Below, piece by piece: positions 12,583-24,118 of a DNA stretch of 64,000 nucleotides. The DNA lies in contig CAVSGM010000011.1 in the NCBI GenBank assembly GCA_963727485.1, positions 672,001 to 736,000 of the forward strand, in the 5' to 3' direction. The translations under genes and the position numbers were made by a program. Source of the stretch: an uncultured delta proteobacterium (GTDB taxonomy: Bacteria; Myxococcota; Myxococcia; SLRQ01). Every line of letters begins with the position of its first letter. Position 1 is the first letter of the stretch. The notes under the pieces are model-generated. The model was not told where the DNA came from and did no database searches. It saw only the letters and a program-made list of their open reading frames with translations.

Positions 12583-13461
12583 ATGAGCAACATCATGGCG
12601 ATCGTGGCGGTGCTGATGGCGATGGCCGCGGCGTTCCTCCTGTTCTACGGGATCTACGAGGGCTACCTCCGGCACTTCTTCGAGGAGGTCCAGACCCAGG
12701 ACGAGCGCTCGCTGCTGAAGTCGATGCAGAAGGTCATCCTGAGCCGCCTCGGGGTCATCAACCGGCGCTTCATGACCCAGCGCTACGAGATCCGCATCCG
12801 GCAGACGCTGGTGAAGGCGGGCGATCCGGCGGACATGAAGCCCGAGGAGGTCCTCGGCCTCCACGAGATCGGCGCGCTCCTCGGGCTGATCGTGGGGTTC
12901 TACGTCTGGGCGCTCACCAGCCTCGGGTTCTGGGTGGTCATCGTCACGGCGCTGCTCGCGGGCCTCTACCCGGCCATCTGGCTCCGGGACCAGGTCACCA
13001 AGCGCCACTTCCTCATCGCCCGGGCGCTGCCCTACAACATCGACCTGCTCACCCTCTCGGTGGAGGCGGGCCTCGACTTCACCGCGGCGCTGGCCAAGGT
13101 GGTGGAGAAGGGCAAGCCCGGCCCCCTCAACGACGAGTTCGCCCTGGCCCTGCGCCAGCTGAAGATGGGCAAGACCCGCGAGCAGTCCCTGCGCACCATG
13201 ATCGAGCGGGTCGACCTGCCGTCCCTGACCAGCTTCCTCACCGCCCTGATCCAGGCCGACCGCATGGGCACCAGCATGGGCAAGGTGCTGCGCATCCAGT
13301 CGACCCAGATGCGCATCGAGCGCACCCAGCGCGCGGAGAAGCTGGCCAACGAGGCGCCGGTGAAGATGCTCTTCCCGCTCATCGCCTGCATCTTCCCCAC
13401 GGTGTTCATGGTCCTCTTCGGCCCCATCGTCTTCCAGTTCATCTACGGTGGTATCCAGTAG
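12583..13461 (+). CDS. tadC: Tad inner-membrane platform protein TadC
   Basis: LPYNIDLLTLSVEAGLDF, QADRMGTS, RAEKLANEAPVKMLFPL. Confidence 0.92.
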   Translation: MSNIMAIVAVLMAMAAAFLLFYGIYEGYLRHFFEEVQTQDERSLLKSMQKVILSRLGVINRRFMTQRYEIRIRQTLVKAGDPADMKPEEVLGLHEIGALLGLIVGFYVWALTSLGFWVVIVTALLAGLYPAIWLRDQVTKRHFLIARALPYNIDLLTLSVEAGLDFTAALAKVVEKGKPGPLNDEFALALRQLKMGKTREQSLRTMIERVDLPSLTSFLTALIQADRMGTSMGKVLRIQSTQMRIERTQRAEKLANEAPVKMLFPLIACIFPTVFMVLFGPIVFQFIYGGIQ

Positions 13462-13470
13462 CGACCTGCC

Positions 13471-14874
13471 ATGGCGTTCACGCTGAAGATCACGGCCGGC
13501 CCCGGCGCCGGCCAGACGCTCAACTTCGACCAGGACGAGGTCACCTTCGGCCGCATCGCCGAGAACGACGTCGTCCTCTACGACCCCAACATCTCCCGCC
13601 GGCACTTCCAAATCCTCGAGGACGGCGGGCAGTACGTCCTCAAGGACCTGGGCTCGTCCAACGGGACCCGGGTCAACGGGGCCCGGGCCGATGAGCAGAT
13701 CCTCGACGACGGGGACGAGATCTCCGCCGGCGAGGCCGTCTTCGTGTTCTCCAGCCAGCAGGCCCAGGTCCCGGCGCGTCGGCCCCGGACGGCGACGCCG
13801 GCGACGCGCGGCGAGCAGCGCCCCGCCCGGCGGGGTGCCGCCGGCGGCCAGGCCCTGGCCCGACGTGGGGCGGGCGGGGCCATGGCCCGCAAGACCGCCG
13901 AGCCCCCGGCCCCGGTGGATCCCTTCGCCGGGATGTCCGCCCGGGAGCGGTTCCGGGCCCGGAAGGCGGCCGAGACGCCCCTGGGGCGCCTGAAGTTCTG
14001 GTTCCAGCGGCAGCCGAAGAATCGCAAGATCCTCCTCGGTGCTGGCGGTGGCCTGGCGGTCCTCCTGATCCTCGGCCTGGTGGTGAAGGCGGCCGGCGGC
14101 GGCGGCAACGTCATGGCCGGGTTCACCGACTACAGCCACCAGACCATCGACCTCTCCGGCGAAGCCACCCAGTCCGCCTTCGGCTACGGCGTCGACGGCA
14201 TCGACTTCCAGGCCAAGGAGAAGGTGACCTTCCGGTTCCGCTATCTCGGCGGCCGCGCCACCCTCTACTACGACGCCGGGTGGATCGACACGCCGACCGA
14301 GGTGGAGATCCGGGTCAACGACGAGCACATCGTGGGCGACGCCCCGGTGGCCATCCGCACCTGGGTCCGGGGCAACCAGCTGGTGCTCCCCTTCAAGTTC
14401 CTCAAGCCCAACGACTTCAACACCATCACCTTCGACAACACCCGGAACCCCGGGGCCAACCCGCCGGAGACCTGGGCCGTCGCCAACGTCCATGTCACCG
14501 AGCATCCGCTCCCGGATGCCGATCCGGAGGTGGCGAGGACGAAGTTCCAGCTCGGCGAGAAGGCCTACCAGGACCGGCAGATCAGCCCCAGCAACCTCGC
14601 CCGGGCCTGCCAGTACTTCGTGGACACCCGCGACTACCTCGAGCGCCTGCCCACCAAGCCTCCCCTCTACGACGAGGCCGTGGCGCGCATCAAGGAGTGC
14701 CGCAAGGAGCTGAAGGGACAGTTCAGCAAGCTGCGGTTCACCGCCAAGCAGTACGAGAACTTCAACCAGTACGATCAGGCGAAGGCCACCTATCAGCTGA
14801 TGCTGAAGTACTTTCCCAGCCCCGACGATCCCCGGCACACGGAGATCAAGCAGTGGCTGGATCAGCTGAACTGA
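13471..14874 (+). CDS. FHA-domain membrane protein with periplasmic beta-rich and TPR-like regions
   Basis: FHA motifs FGR, ISRRH, DLGSSNGT; single TM; helical C-terminus. Confidence 0.88.
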   Translation: MAFTLKITAGPGAGQTLNFDQDEVTFGRIAENDVVLYDPNISRRHFQILEDGGQYVLKDLGSSNGTRVNGARADEQILDDGDEISAGEAVFVFSSQQAQVPARRPRTATPATRGEQRPARRGAAGGQALARRGAGGAMARKTAEPPAPVDPFAGMSARERFRARKAAETPLGRLKFWFQRQPKNRKILLGAGGGLAVLLILGLVVKAAGGGGNVMAGFTDYSHQTIDLSGEATQSAFGYGVDGIDFQAKEKVTFRFRYLGGRATLYYDAGWIDTPTEVEIRVNDEHIVGDAPVAIRTWVRGNQLVLPFKFLKPNDFNTITFDNTRNPGANPPETWAVANVHVTEHPLPDADPEVARTKFQLGEKAYQDRQISPSNLARACQYFVDTRDYLERLPTKPPLYDEAVARIKECRKELKGQFSKLRFTAKQYENFNQYDQAKATYQLMLKYFPSPDDPRHTEIKQWLDQLN

Positions 14875-14959
14875 GCGCCCAAGGCAGCAGCCCGGGGGAA
14901 CGTCGCCCGCGGCCGGCACCAAGCCGCCGCCGAGCGTGCGACAACCGCGTGAAATCTCT

Positions 14960-14994
14960 TTGACATGCTGCGCCGGTAAGCATTTACTGGCGCA
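14960..14994 (+). promoter_or_regulatory. Sigma70-type promoter with overlapping inverted-repeat operator
   Basis: TTGACA(14960)-N17-TTTACT(14983); inverted repeat tgcgccggtaa-gcat-ttactggcgca (14969-14994, one mismatch). Confidence 0.6.
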
Positions 14995-15005
14995 CCGCGT
15001 CAGCC

Positions 15006-16568
<1,563 letters not shown>

Positions 16569-17770
16569 TAGGGGTCGGTCGGGGCCACCTTCATCGCCGC
16601 CTCCTCGGCGGCCATGGCGCCCTTGGGGTCGCCGGTGGCGTTCTTCAGCTCCGCCAGGGTGTCCCAGAGGCCGGCCTGCTTCGGGGCCTTGGCCAGGGCC
16701 GCGGCGGCGAGGTCCCGGGCCCAGGGCAGGAACGCCTTCTCCTCGAAGCAGAACCAGGCGACGCCGTTGACCGCGTCGGGGGTGTGGTGGGCGTCGGCGA
16801 GGTAGTGGGTGAGCTCGGACTTGGCCCGGGCCGCCTTGCCCTGCTTCCACCAGGCCACGGCGAGCTGGAAGGGCACCTCACCGGCCTGGGGGCTGTCGGG
16901 GAAGCGGCGCTTGAGCTCGGTGAGGACCTTCACCGCCGCCGGGTAGTCCTTCTCACCGCGGAGGTAGAGGTACTTGCCCAGGACCAGGTAGGCCTGGGCC
17001 AGGAGGGCGTCGACGTGGCGGCGCGCCTTGACCATGTCGCCCTTCACGTCGTCCCGGATCTGCGAGAAGTCCCCGGGGCCCCCGAGGCGGCTCACGTCGG
17101 CGGCGCCCCGCACCCCGGCCTCGGCGCCCCCGGAGAGGAGGCGGTCCATGGCGAAGATCCGGGCGAAGTGGCGCTTGGCGGGGATCACCTCGCCGCGGAC
17201 CGCGTAGCGCTCGCCGACCTCCTCGGCGAGGTCGAGATCCATTGGATGCGCCAGGGCCTTCTTGGCCAGCACCGGGAGGGTCCCCTTGCCCTGGCGATAG
17301 TCCTTCATGGTCTTCAGGAACTGCGCCGGGGGCTCGTAGCCGAAGATCCGGTCGATCTCCTTGCCGGTGCTGTCGAGGAAGAGGACGGTGGGGTAGCCGA
17401 CCACGTGGTAGCGCTTGACCACCTGCGGCCCGTCCCCCGCCTCGGCGTTCACCTTCACCGCCATCCAGTGGGCGGCCTCGGTGCCGACGTCGTCGCGGGT
17501 GTAGACCTTGCGGTCGAGCATCTGGCAGGGCCCGCACCAGGTGGCGTAGACGTCCACCATCAGCGGGCGGCCGGCCTTGCGGGCCCGGGCGAGGAGGGCG
17601 TCGAAGTGCCCCGTCTCCCAGTGGACCTTGGACACCGGGTCGTGGGCGCCGCCGGCGTGGGCGGCGGCAGGGGCGAGGAGGGCGACGGCCAGGGCGAGAG
17701 CGGTGCGCATGACCCCGGAGCATGGTCGGGGGCCGGGCACCGGGTCAAGCCCGGGCGTGCGCCCGCCGGG

Positions 17771-18418
17771 TCAGCGGCGCAGCGGGGTCACCAGGGTGAC
17801 CTTGGGGCCCTGGTGCCGGCGCAGGCCGTCCACCAGGGTGGCCAGGCGCCGGGCGAGGCGATCGGTCCCGGGCAGGAAGCGGATCGCCAGCCCCCCCGGG
17901 GAACCGGGCTCGCGCCGGGCGACCTCCCCGGGGATCCGGATCCCCAGGACCCGCCCTGGGGGCCGGAGGGTGACCACCACCGGCTCCCCGGGGTCGAGCT
18001 GGGCGGGGGTCCGGAGGAAGAGGCCGTGCTCGGAGATGTCCTCGGTGACCTCCTCCCAGACCAGGTCGCCGGCGCGCAGGCGCACCCGGAGCTCGGCGGG
18101 GACCCGGCCGGCGTGGCGCTCGATCCACTCGATGGGGCGGCCCGAGGCGTGGGCCAGGAGCAGGCCCCGGACGTGGCGCTCGGTGGAGAGCAGCTCGAGG
18201 CCCAGGCCCGGCGGGAGGTCCGAGGCCCCGGCGACCCGGCGCCACGCCACCCGGCAGCGGGTGCGGAAGGCCTTGCCGTCGCCGAAGCGCAGCTCCACCG
18301 GCACCTCGGTGCCCACCGCCAGGTTCTCCCGGGTGGGGACGAAGAAGCCTCCGAGTCGGCCGTGATCGAACCAGTCGGCGAGGAGCTCCGCCGGGCGGCG
18401 GTACCGCACGACGATCAC
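17771..18418 (-). CDS. Tandem PilZ-domain protein (myxobacterial type)
   Basis: Degenerate N-terminal PilZ (GGFFVPT, VAWRR) and intact C-terminal RHAGR / DISEHG motifs. Confidence 0.85.
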   Translation of the reverse strand: MIVVRYRRPAELLADWFDHGRLGGFFVPTRENLAVGTEVPVELRFGDGKAFRTRCRVAWRRVAGASDLPPGLGLELLSTERHVRGLLLAHASGRPIEWIERHAGRVPAELRVRLRAGDLVWEEVTEDISEHGLFLRTPAQLDPGEPVVVTLRPPGRVLGIRIPGEVARREPGSPGGLAIRFLPGTDRLARRLATLVDGLRRHQGPKVTLVTPLRR

Positions 18419-20400
18419 GGCGTGACGATCTCCAGGCGCAGCGTGGTGTCCATGGGGCCGGTGGCCGAGCCCTTGAGCACGTCGTGGCTGACGTAGAGCT
18501 GGGTGCCGTGCCAGGCGGCGTGGGCCCAGAAGCCGGCCGCGCCCTGGGTGTAGAGGTCCTGGCGGGTGAAGGTGGTGTCCCCGGCGCCGCGCTTCGAGAG
18601 CTCGAGGTCGCCGGTGGTCCCGTTCTGGTAGGCGACGAACCAGACCCCGCCGTGGATCAGCAGGGCGTTGTCGTTGCCCACCAGGGTGTTGGCGTCGGTG
18701 GCGGGGTCCCGGAGCCCGTCGTCGACGGTGCCGCTGTCGCTCACCGTGCCGTCCGAGGCCACCACCGCGTACTTCACGCTGCGGGCGCTGGTGTCCTGGA
18801 AGGCCACCACCAGGTTGCCCGAGCCGTCGATGGCCGCCGAGGGGAAGCGCCCCTGGTCGGTGCCGCTGCCCCCGGCGATGGTCTTCACCGTGCCCTTGGT
18901 GCCCGTCGCCGGGTCCACGCCCAGGGCCACCTTGAGGGTGCCGTCGGTGTGGTCGTAGTAGGCGACGTCGAGGTTCCCGGAGCCGTCGACCACCAGGCTG
19001 GGCATCAGGCCCACGCCCTCGGGGAGGCCCTGGAGGCTCGAGGCCTTGAGCTCGGTCTGGCAGGTGCCGCCGCCGCTGCCATTGTCGACGCAGGTCTGGC
19101 CCGAGGCGCAGGCGGGGCTGCAGGCGCCGGAGGTGGCGGTGCAGGTGGCGCCGCTGCCGGGATCCACGCAGACGGTGCCGCTGCCGCAGCTCCCGCCGCA
19201 GGGGGGCGGGGTGATGGCGCCGGTGTCCACGGTGACCAGGTCCCAGTCGGAGGCGCTGGTGGGCGCCGGACTCTTCGCCCGGGCCACCTTGAGGGCGGTG
19301 GTGAAGGCGTCGTTGCCGGTGCCGCCCACCTGGAAGTAGGCGATGACCGGGTCGCCGGCGCCGTCGAGGGCGATGCTGGTGTACTGGCCCACGTCGCCGG
19401 CGTCGTCGACGGTCTGGGTGCTCCAGCTGCCGCCGCTGCGCCGGGCGTACTTGAGGGCGCCGTTGTCCACGTCGTAGTAGCTCACGTGGAGGGTGCCGTC
19501 GGCCGCGGCGGCGATGCCGGTGAACCGGCCCACGTCGGGGCCCGGATCGGAGATGCCGCCCCGGGGGCCGTTGGGATCGGCGACCACGGTGCCGGTGGCG
19601 GGCACCCCGTCGACCCAGGTGGTGCCGGTCTCCTGGCCGGTGGCGTCGAAGGCCACCACCACCAGGTCGCCGTGGTCGCCGTCATAGGCGCTCACGTAGG
19701 CGCTGCCGTCGGAGAGGACGGCCAGATCGCTGTGCCGGCCCACGTCCTTGGCGGTGAGCGGCGGCAGGGGCTCGCACTTGCAGGTGACCTTCCCGAAGTC
19801 GCAGGTGTCGTCGATGTTGCCTGCCGGCTCGAAGACCGCGAGGGTCCCGGGGTCGCAGGTGACCTGGCAGGCCTTGGTGGCCTGGCAGCGGTCGTTGGAC
19901 ACCGAGCAGGCCTGGCCCTGGGGGCAGCTCCCGTTGCAGGGGTTCTCGCCCACGCACCACCCGGCGAAGCAGGAGAGCCCCGCGCCGCAGGCGCCGCTGG
20001 CGTCGCAGGTGTCGAAGGTGCAGACCTGCTGGTCGGAGCCGTTGACCGTCTTGGTCTTGCACACCTGGCCCGCCACCGTGCAGTCGGTGTCGGTGGTGCA
20101 GGTGTCGTACTTGTCGAGGCAGATCCCGGCGCGGTTGCACACCTGGCCCGGGCAGCACTGGTCCTCGCCGGAGGTGTCGCAGTAGCGCGGGCCCTTCACG
20201 CAGGTGTGGTCGGTCTTGTTGCAGGTGTACCGGGAGCCGTGCTGGGTCTGGCACTCCTGGTCGGTGGTGCAGCCGGTGCCGCCGTCGTGGGTGGTGTGCA
20301 CGGGGGGTTGGCCGCAGTCACAGCCGCCGGCGAAGCTGGCGAGGGCGAGGGCGGCGACCAGGCCGAGTCGTGCGACGATGCGCGTGCGAGTGCTTCCCAT
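18415..20400 (-). CDS. Cysteine-rich lipoprotein with C-terminal beta-propeller-like repeats
   Basis: Lipobox FAGGC; many CxxxxxC repeats; repeated blades such as GQYTSIALDGAGDPVIAYF and GRFTGIAAAADGTLHVSYYD. Confidence 0.8.
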   Translation of the reverse strand: MGSTRTRIVARLGLVAALALASFAGGCDCGQPPVHTTHDGGTGCTTDQECQTQHGSRYTCNKTDHTCVKGPRYCDTSGEDQCCPGQVCNRAGICLDKYDTCTTDTDCTVAGQVCKTKTVNGSDQQVCTFDTCDASGACGAGLSCFAGWCVGENPCNGSCPQGQACSVSNDRCQATKACQVTCDPGTLAVFEPAGNIDDTCDFGKVTCKCEPLPPLTAKDVGRHSDLAVLSDGSAYVSAYDGDHGDLVVVAFDATGQETGTTWVDGVPATGTVVADPNGPRGGISDPGPDVGRFTGIAAAADGTLHVSYYDVDNGALKYARRSGGSWSTQTVDDAGDVGQYTSIALDGAGDPVIAYFQVGGTGNDAFTTALKVARAKSPAPTSASDWDLVTVDTGAITPPPCGGSCGSGTVCVDPGSGATCTATSGACSPACASGQTCVDNGSGGGTCQTELKASSLQGLPEGVGLMPSLVVDGSGNLDVAYYDHTDGTLKVALGVDPATGTKGTVKTIAGGSGTDQGRFPSAAIDGSGNLVVAFQDTSARSVKYAVVASDGTVSDSGTVDDGLRDPATDANTLVGNDNALLIHGGVWFVAYQNGTTGDLELSKRGAGDTTFTRQDLYTQGAAGFWAHAAWHGTQLYVSHDVLKGSATGPMDTTLRLEIVTP

Positions 20401-20537
20401 GGTTCACCCTCCCAGGGCGGCGGGGCGCGAGCGGCCCCGGATCCGAAACATTGTACCGGGCCGGTGCCCTGCCCCTCAAGCGGCCCCCGGCCCGGTCCCC
20501 CTGCCCCCCGGCGCGCCGGTGATCTAGAGTGCGCCCC

Positions 20538-20891
20538 ATGTCACGGGTGGTGGTGGTGATCGCCTCGGGTCCGGAGCACGAGTCCCGGGCCCACGAGGGC
20601 CTGGCGCTCGCCCGGGCCATGCACGAGATCGGCATGCTCGAGGAGGTGCGGGTGCTGCTCACCGGGCCCGGGGTCCGGTGTCTCGACCCCGACGCCGCCG
20701 ACGCCGATCGCCTCCGGGACGACCTCGAGGGGCTCTTCGAGGCCAGGGTCCCGGTGGCCGCCTGCACCCGGAGCCTCTCGGAGCACCGGCTCCTCGACGC
20801 CGTCGCGGACCTCGAGGCCCTGCGGCCGGTGGGCGCCCCGACCTTCCTCTCGGAGCAGGTCCTCGCCGGGGCCCGGATCCTCACCTTCTGA
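20538..20891 (+). CDS. DsrE/DsrF-like small protein
   Basis: VRVLLTGPGV, VAACTRS, C-terminal ILTF. Confidence 0.7.
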   Translation: MSRVVVVIASGPEHESRAHEGLALARAMHEIGMLEEVRVLLTGPGVRCLDPDAADADRLRDDLEGLFEARVPVAACTRSLSEHRLLDAVADLEALRPVGAPTFLSEQVLAGARILTF

Positions 20892-20973
20892 TCCGGCCGG
20901 GCGGGAGGCCGGCGGGGGAGGGCAGGGCCGGGATCGGTTGCCCCCCGGTTGCCCGGCGTCCTACCGTGGGCCC

Positions 20974-22719
20974 GTGCATCGCCTGGTGACAGCGGCGGTG
21001 GCGATCGCCCTGGCGGCGCCGGCTTCTGCCCGGTCCCCCTATCGCCCCTGCGCCCACGCCGCCTCGGTGGTGGCCCGGGACCTCACCCCCGGGGCCGGGC
21101 CGAAGGATCTCGCCGCCCGGCCCCTCTACGAGCTCGAGCTCACGGTGCACCACCGGGCCGGCGTCTTCCGCCTCGAGGGCCGGGAGCAGGTGAGCTTCGC
21201 GGCCACCGGTCCCCGCCGGCACGTCGTCCTCCTCCTCCCGGCGCCGTCGCATCACGGAGGCCACGGGCCCCTCACGGTGCTCAGGGCGGCGGCGGCGGTG
21301 GGCCAGGGGAAGCCGCGGAAGGCCGCCTTCGCCCGGGGCCGCGGGCGCATCACCGTGACGCTCCCCCGGGCGCCGAAGGTCGGCGAGCGGGTGGCCGTGC
21401 GCCTCCGGCTCCACGGCCTGGTTCCGAGGACCGCCGGGGGGCTCCTCGGGGCGGTGCAGGGCTACCTCCACCAGCAGGCCCTCGGCGGCACCGTCCTCTC
21501 CGACTCGGACACGGCCAGCCTCCTCTCGCCGGAGCTCCTCCTGCCGCTCCGCCGCCACGGTGCCCCCTGGGTGGTGCCCGAGGCGGCGTTCGGGGCCCCG
21601 AGCCCGGCGCCGGTGGCCTGCCACCTGGTCACCGTCGACGCCCCCGGGGACCTCGAGGCCATCCCCAGCGGCACCACGGTGGGCACGGTGCCGGGCAAGG
21701 GCGGGCGGGTGCGCCACGTCTTCGTCGCCGCCGGGCGCCGGGTGGGCCTGGTCCTGGCAGCCAAGGGCCAGTCCCGGGCCACCCGCCACGCGGGGAAGGT
21801 CGAGGTGACCGGCGTCGCCGGGGACCCGGGGACCGCGACCTCCCTGGCCCGGGACGGCGCCGCGGCGCTGCGCACCCTGGCCCGGCGCCTGGGCCCGCTC
21901 CCCTGGAACCACCTCACCGTGGCCGTGGGCCCCGTCTCCGATCCCCTCGGGGGGAGCCGGGTGGGGGGCCTGGTCCTGGTGAGCCCCTACCTCGACCAGG
22001 CGCAGGGCTCGCTCATGGGCTTCGGCGCCTTCGGGGGCGGGATGATGCCCCCGCCCACGGAGATGGTGGTCACCCAGCAGGTGGCCCGGCAGTGGTTCGG
22101 GGAGGTGGTGGCGACCCCGGGGCCGGCGGCGCCGGTGGTCGAGAGCCTCCTCGCCGGGGAGGCCACCTTCGAGGCCGTCCGGGATCGCCACGGGACCGAC
22201 GCGGTGGCAGCGATCCGGCGCATCGCCCTCGCCGGTGCCTACTCCATCTACCGGAGCCTCGGGGGCGCCGACGGCCCGGCGGATCGTCCGGCGGCGGCCC
22301 TCAAGGACGTCACCACCTGGGCCGGCCTCTGCGGGGCCAAGGCCCTGGGCGTCTTCGGGCCCCTCGACGCGCGCCTCGGGCCTGCGAAGGTGGCGGGGGC
22401 GGTGGACGGCCTGGCCCACGCCCGGCGCTTCGGGGTGGTGGATCGCGCCGACCTCACCCGGGCCCTGGTCGCGGCGGCGCCGAAGCAGGCCGCGCGGATC
22501 CACGTGCTCCTCGCCCACTGGCTCGACCAGGCCCACGGCGACGCGGACCTCGGCGGGCCCAACGGTGCTCTCGGGGCGCTCTTCCAGGGTCTCCCGGGGA
22601 TGCCCGGGGGGCGGGGCGGCCAGGTCCCCGGGAACCTCCCGGACCCGGCGCAGCTCCAGCAGATGATGCAGCAGATGGCCCGGCAGCTGATGAAGCAGAT
22701 GCAGGGCGGCGGGCCCTAG
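20974..22719 (+). CDS. Secreted M1-aminopeptidase-fold protein with degenerate active site
   Basis: Signal peptide; LGPLPW, VVTQQVARQWFG in place of VVAHExxHQWFG; Gln/Met-rich tail. Confidence 0.72.
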   Translation: MHRLVTAAVAIALAAPASARSPYRPCAHAASVVARDLTPGAGPKDLAARPLYELELTVHHRAGVFRLEGREQVSFAATGPRRHVVLLLPAPSHHGGHGPLTVLRAAAAVGQGKPRKAAFARGRGRITVTLPRAPKVGERVAVRLRLHGLVPRTAGGLLGAVQGYLHQQALGGTVLSDSDTASLLSPELLLPLRRHGAPWVVPEAAFGAPSPAPVACHLVTVDAPGDLEAIPSGTTVGTVPGKGGRVRHVFVAAGRRVGLVLAAKGQSRATRHAGKVEVTGVAGDPGTATSLARDGAAALRTLARRLGPLPWNHLTVAVGPVSDPLGGSRVGGLVLVSPYLDQAQGSLMGFGAFGGGMMPPPTEMVVTQQVARQWFGEVVATPGPAAPVVESLLAGEATFEAVRDRHGTDAVAAIRRIALAGAYSIYRSLGGADGPADRPAAALKDVTTWAGLCGAKALGVFGPLDARLGPAKVAGAVDGLAHARRFGVVDRADLTRALVAAAPKQAARIHVLLAHWLDQAHGDADLGGPNGALGALFQGLPGMPGGRGGQVPGNLPDPAQLQQMMQQMARQLMKQMQGGGP

Positions 22720-22797
22720 GAATCCGGCGAGAGAAGCAGAACTACGAGCTCCAACCCCGGTGACTTGTCGGGTCACTTGATCAAGTAGATTCGATAC

Positions 22798-24118
22798 CTA
22801 CTGCAGCCATCGGTTCCCCTGTGAATCACCGATCATGCTCGGCTTGCCGGTCCTTGCCAGGCCCGGGCTCGGCGTCAGGATCTTCGCAATGGCCAAGGTG
22901 TGAGCACTACTGTCGGCCGCGTCGATGTACATCGCGCCGTCGTCGCCGAGAAGGACGGTGCCCAAGTAGCTGCGCGCGACGTCCAGCGACCAGAGCTTCT
23001 TCAGATCGGGTGAGAGCGCCGTGAGCGTGAGAGAGCTCGCCGCGGCACTCTCTGCGAAGGCCGTGATCGCGTAAATGGTTCCGTCGGCACCGACCGCCTG
23101 CGGTTCTCCAACTCCGTCCGTGGTTGCCGTGATCTCGCCGGTCGCGGCGTCCATGGTCACGAGCTTCGTGTAGCTGGAGGCGGAGTCAACCGGCCGGGCC
23201 ATGCCGACGATGGCGCCTTGGATGTCCACCAGCCGTCCCCATGTTTCTTCGCTTTGCTTCCAAAGAAGCCTGCCACAACGATCGTAGCCGACCGCCCACA
23301 TCCGCGGGAAGTTCCGCTGATCGGACGCGTCTGTATCCACTCCGGTTGCCCCAATAGGTGTCGGAAGTGAAAGCTTGGCGTCTCCGCCTCCAGGGTCGAG
23401 ATTCAAGCCCAAGCCTTCCCGGACTGGAGCGACAGCAGATCTTGCGCAACGAAGCTGACGCCATACCAAAAGGCACCTGTGCCCCAGAACGGCGTCAGGG
23501 ACAACTGAGTGTGCCAGATCTCATGAAGGTCCTTCAGATCGAGGAGTCGGACGCCCGTCCGGTCCTTGACGAGGATCCCGGCCGGGTAATCAAGGGTCGA
23601 GGAGGTGCGCCCGACCACGGCGTCAGCGGCGCAATCGCCACGTACACCAGGTCGTCGGTCCAGATCTGTACGTGCGAGCCGAGAATGAGGATGTGGTCAC
23701 CGTCCGGCATGATCTCGATGGTCAAAGAAGGCGTACCGGACTCAGCGATTCGACACCTGACAGGGCTGCCGTCGGCGCGGCTGAACGTGCAGATTGCGTT
23801 GCCGGTCGCGGCGACGATGTACTTGTTCGAGAGCACCAACTGATCCGTCTCTGGATGCATCGGGTAGGTGCGGACCCAAGCCACCTTCGGTGTGACGTTC
23901 AGAGCAGGATCTGGCTGTGACTGAAACGCGATATCGGGTACGCAGGTTGAATGTCCAGTGCCCGCATCAGCCGCTCCGCCGGCATCGGTCGCCCCGCCTG
24001 CGTCTGGAGACCCCACGGGTCCGTGCCCCGCACAGCTGCAACCGCCGATGAGGCTGGCCGCAAGGAGCACCCAGGCGGACAGTTGGCCGAGGCCCACCGC
24101 TCGTGCGTGTCGCCTCAT
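22798..24118 (-). pseudogene. Lipoprotein with PQQ/beta-propeller-like blades, two frameshifts (~23620, ~23410)
   Basis: ATG 24118 overlaps upstream TGA; LIGGC lipobox; DAG linker; continues in ORFs 23403..23618 and 22798..23469 (GADGTIY, KKLWSL, DDGAMYI). Confidence 0.6.

Noticed and set aside
10504..14922. 1472-aa minus-strand ORF
   Set aside because: Antisense shadow of cpaB-tadB-tadC-FHA caused by high GC3; no recognisable motifs.
22720..22800. Possible integron attC or tRNA att site at the island edge
   Set aside because: No paired RYYYAAC/GTTRRRY core sites, tRNA fragment or integrase.
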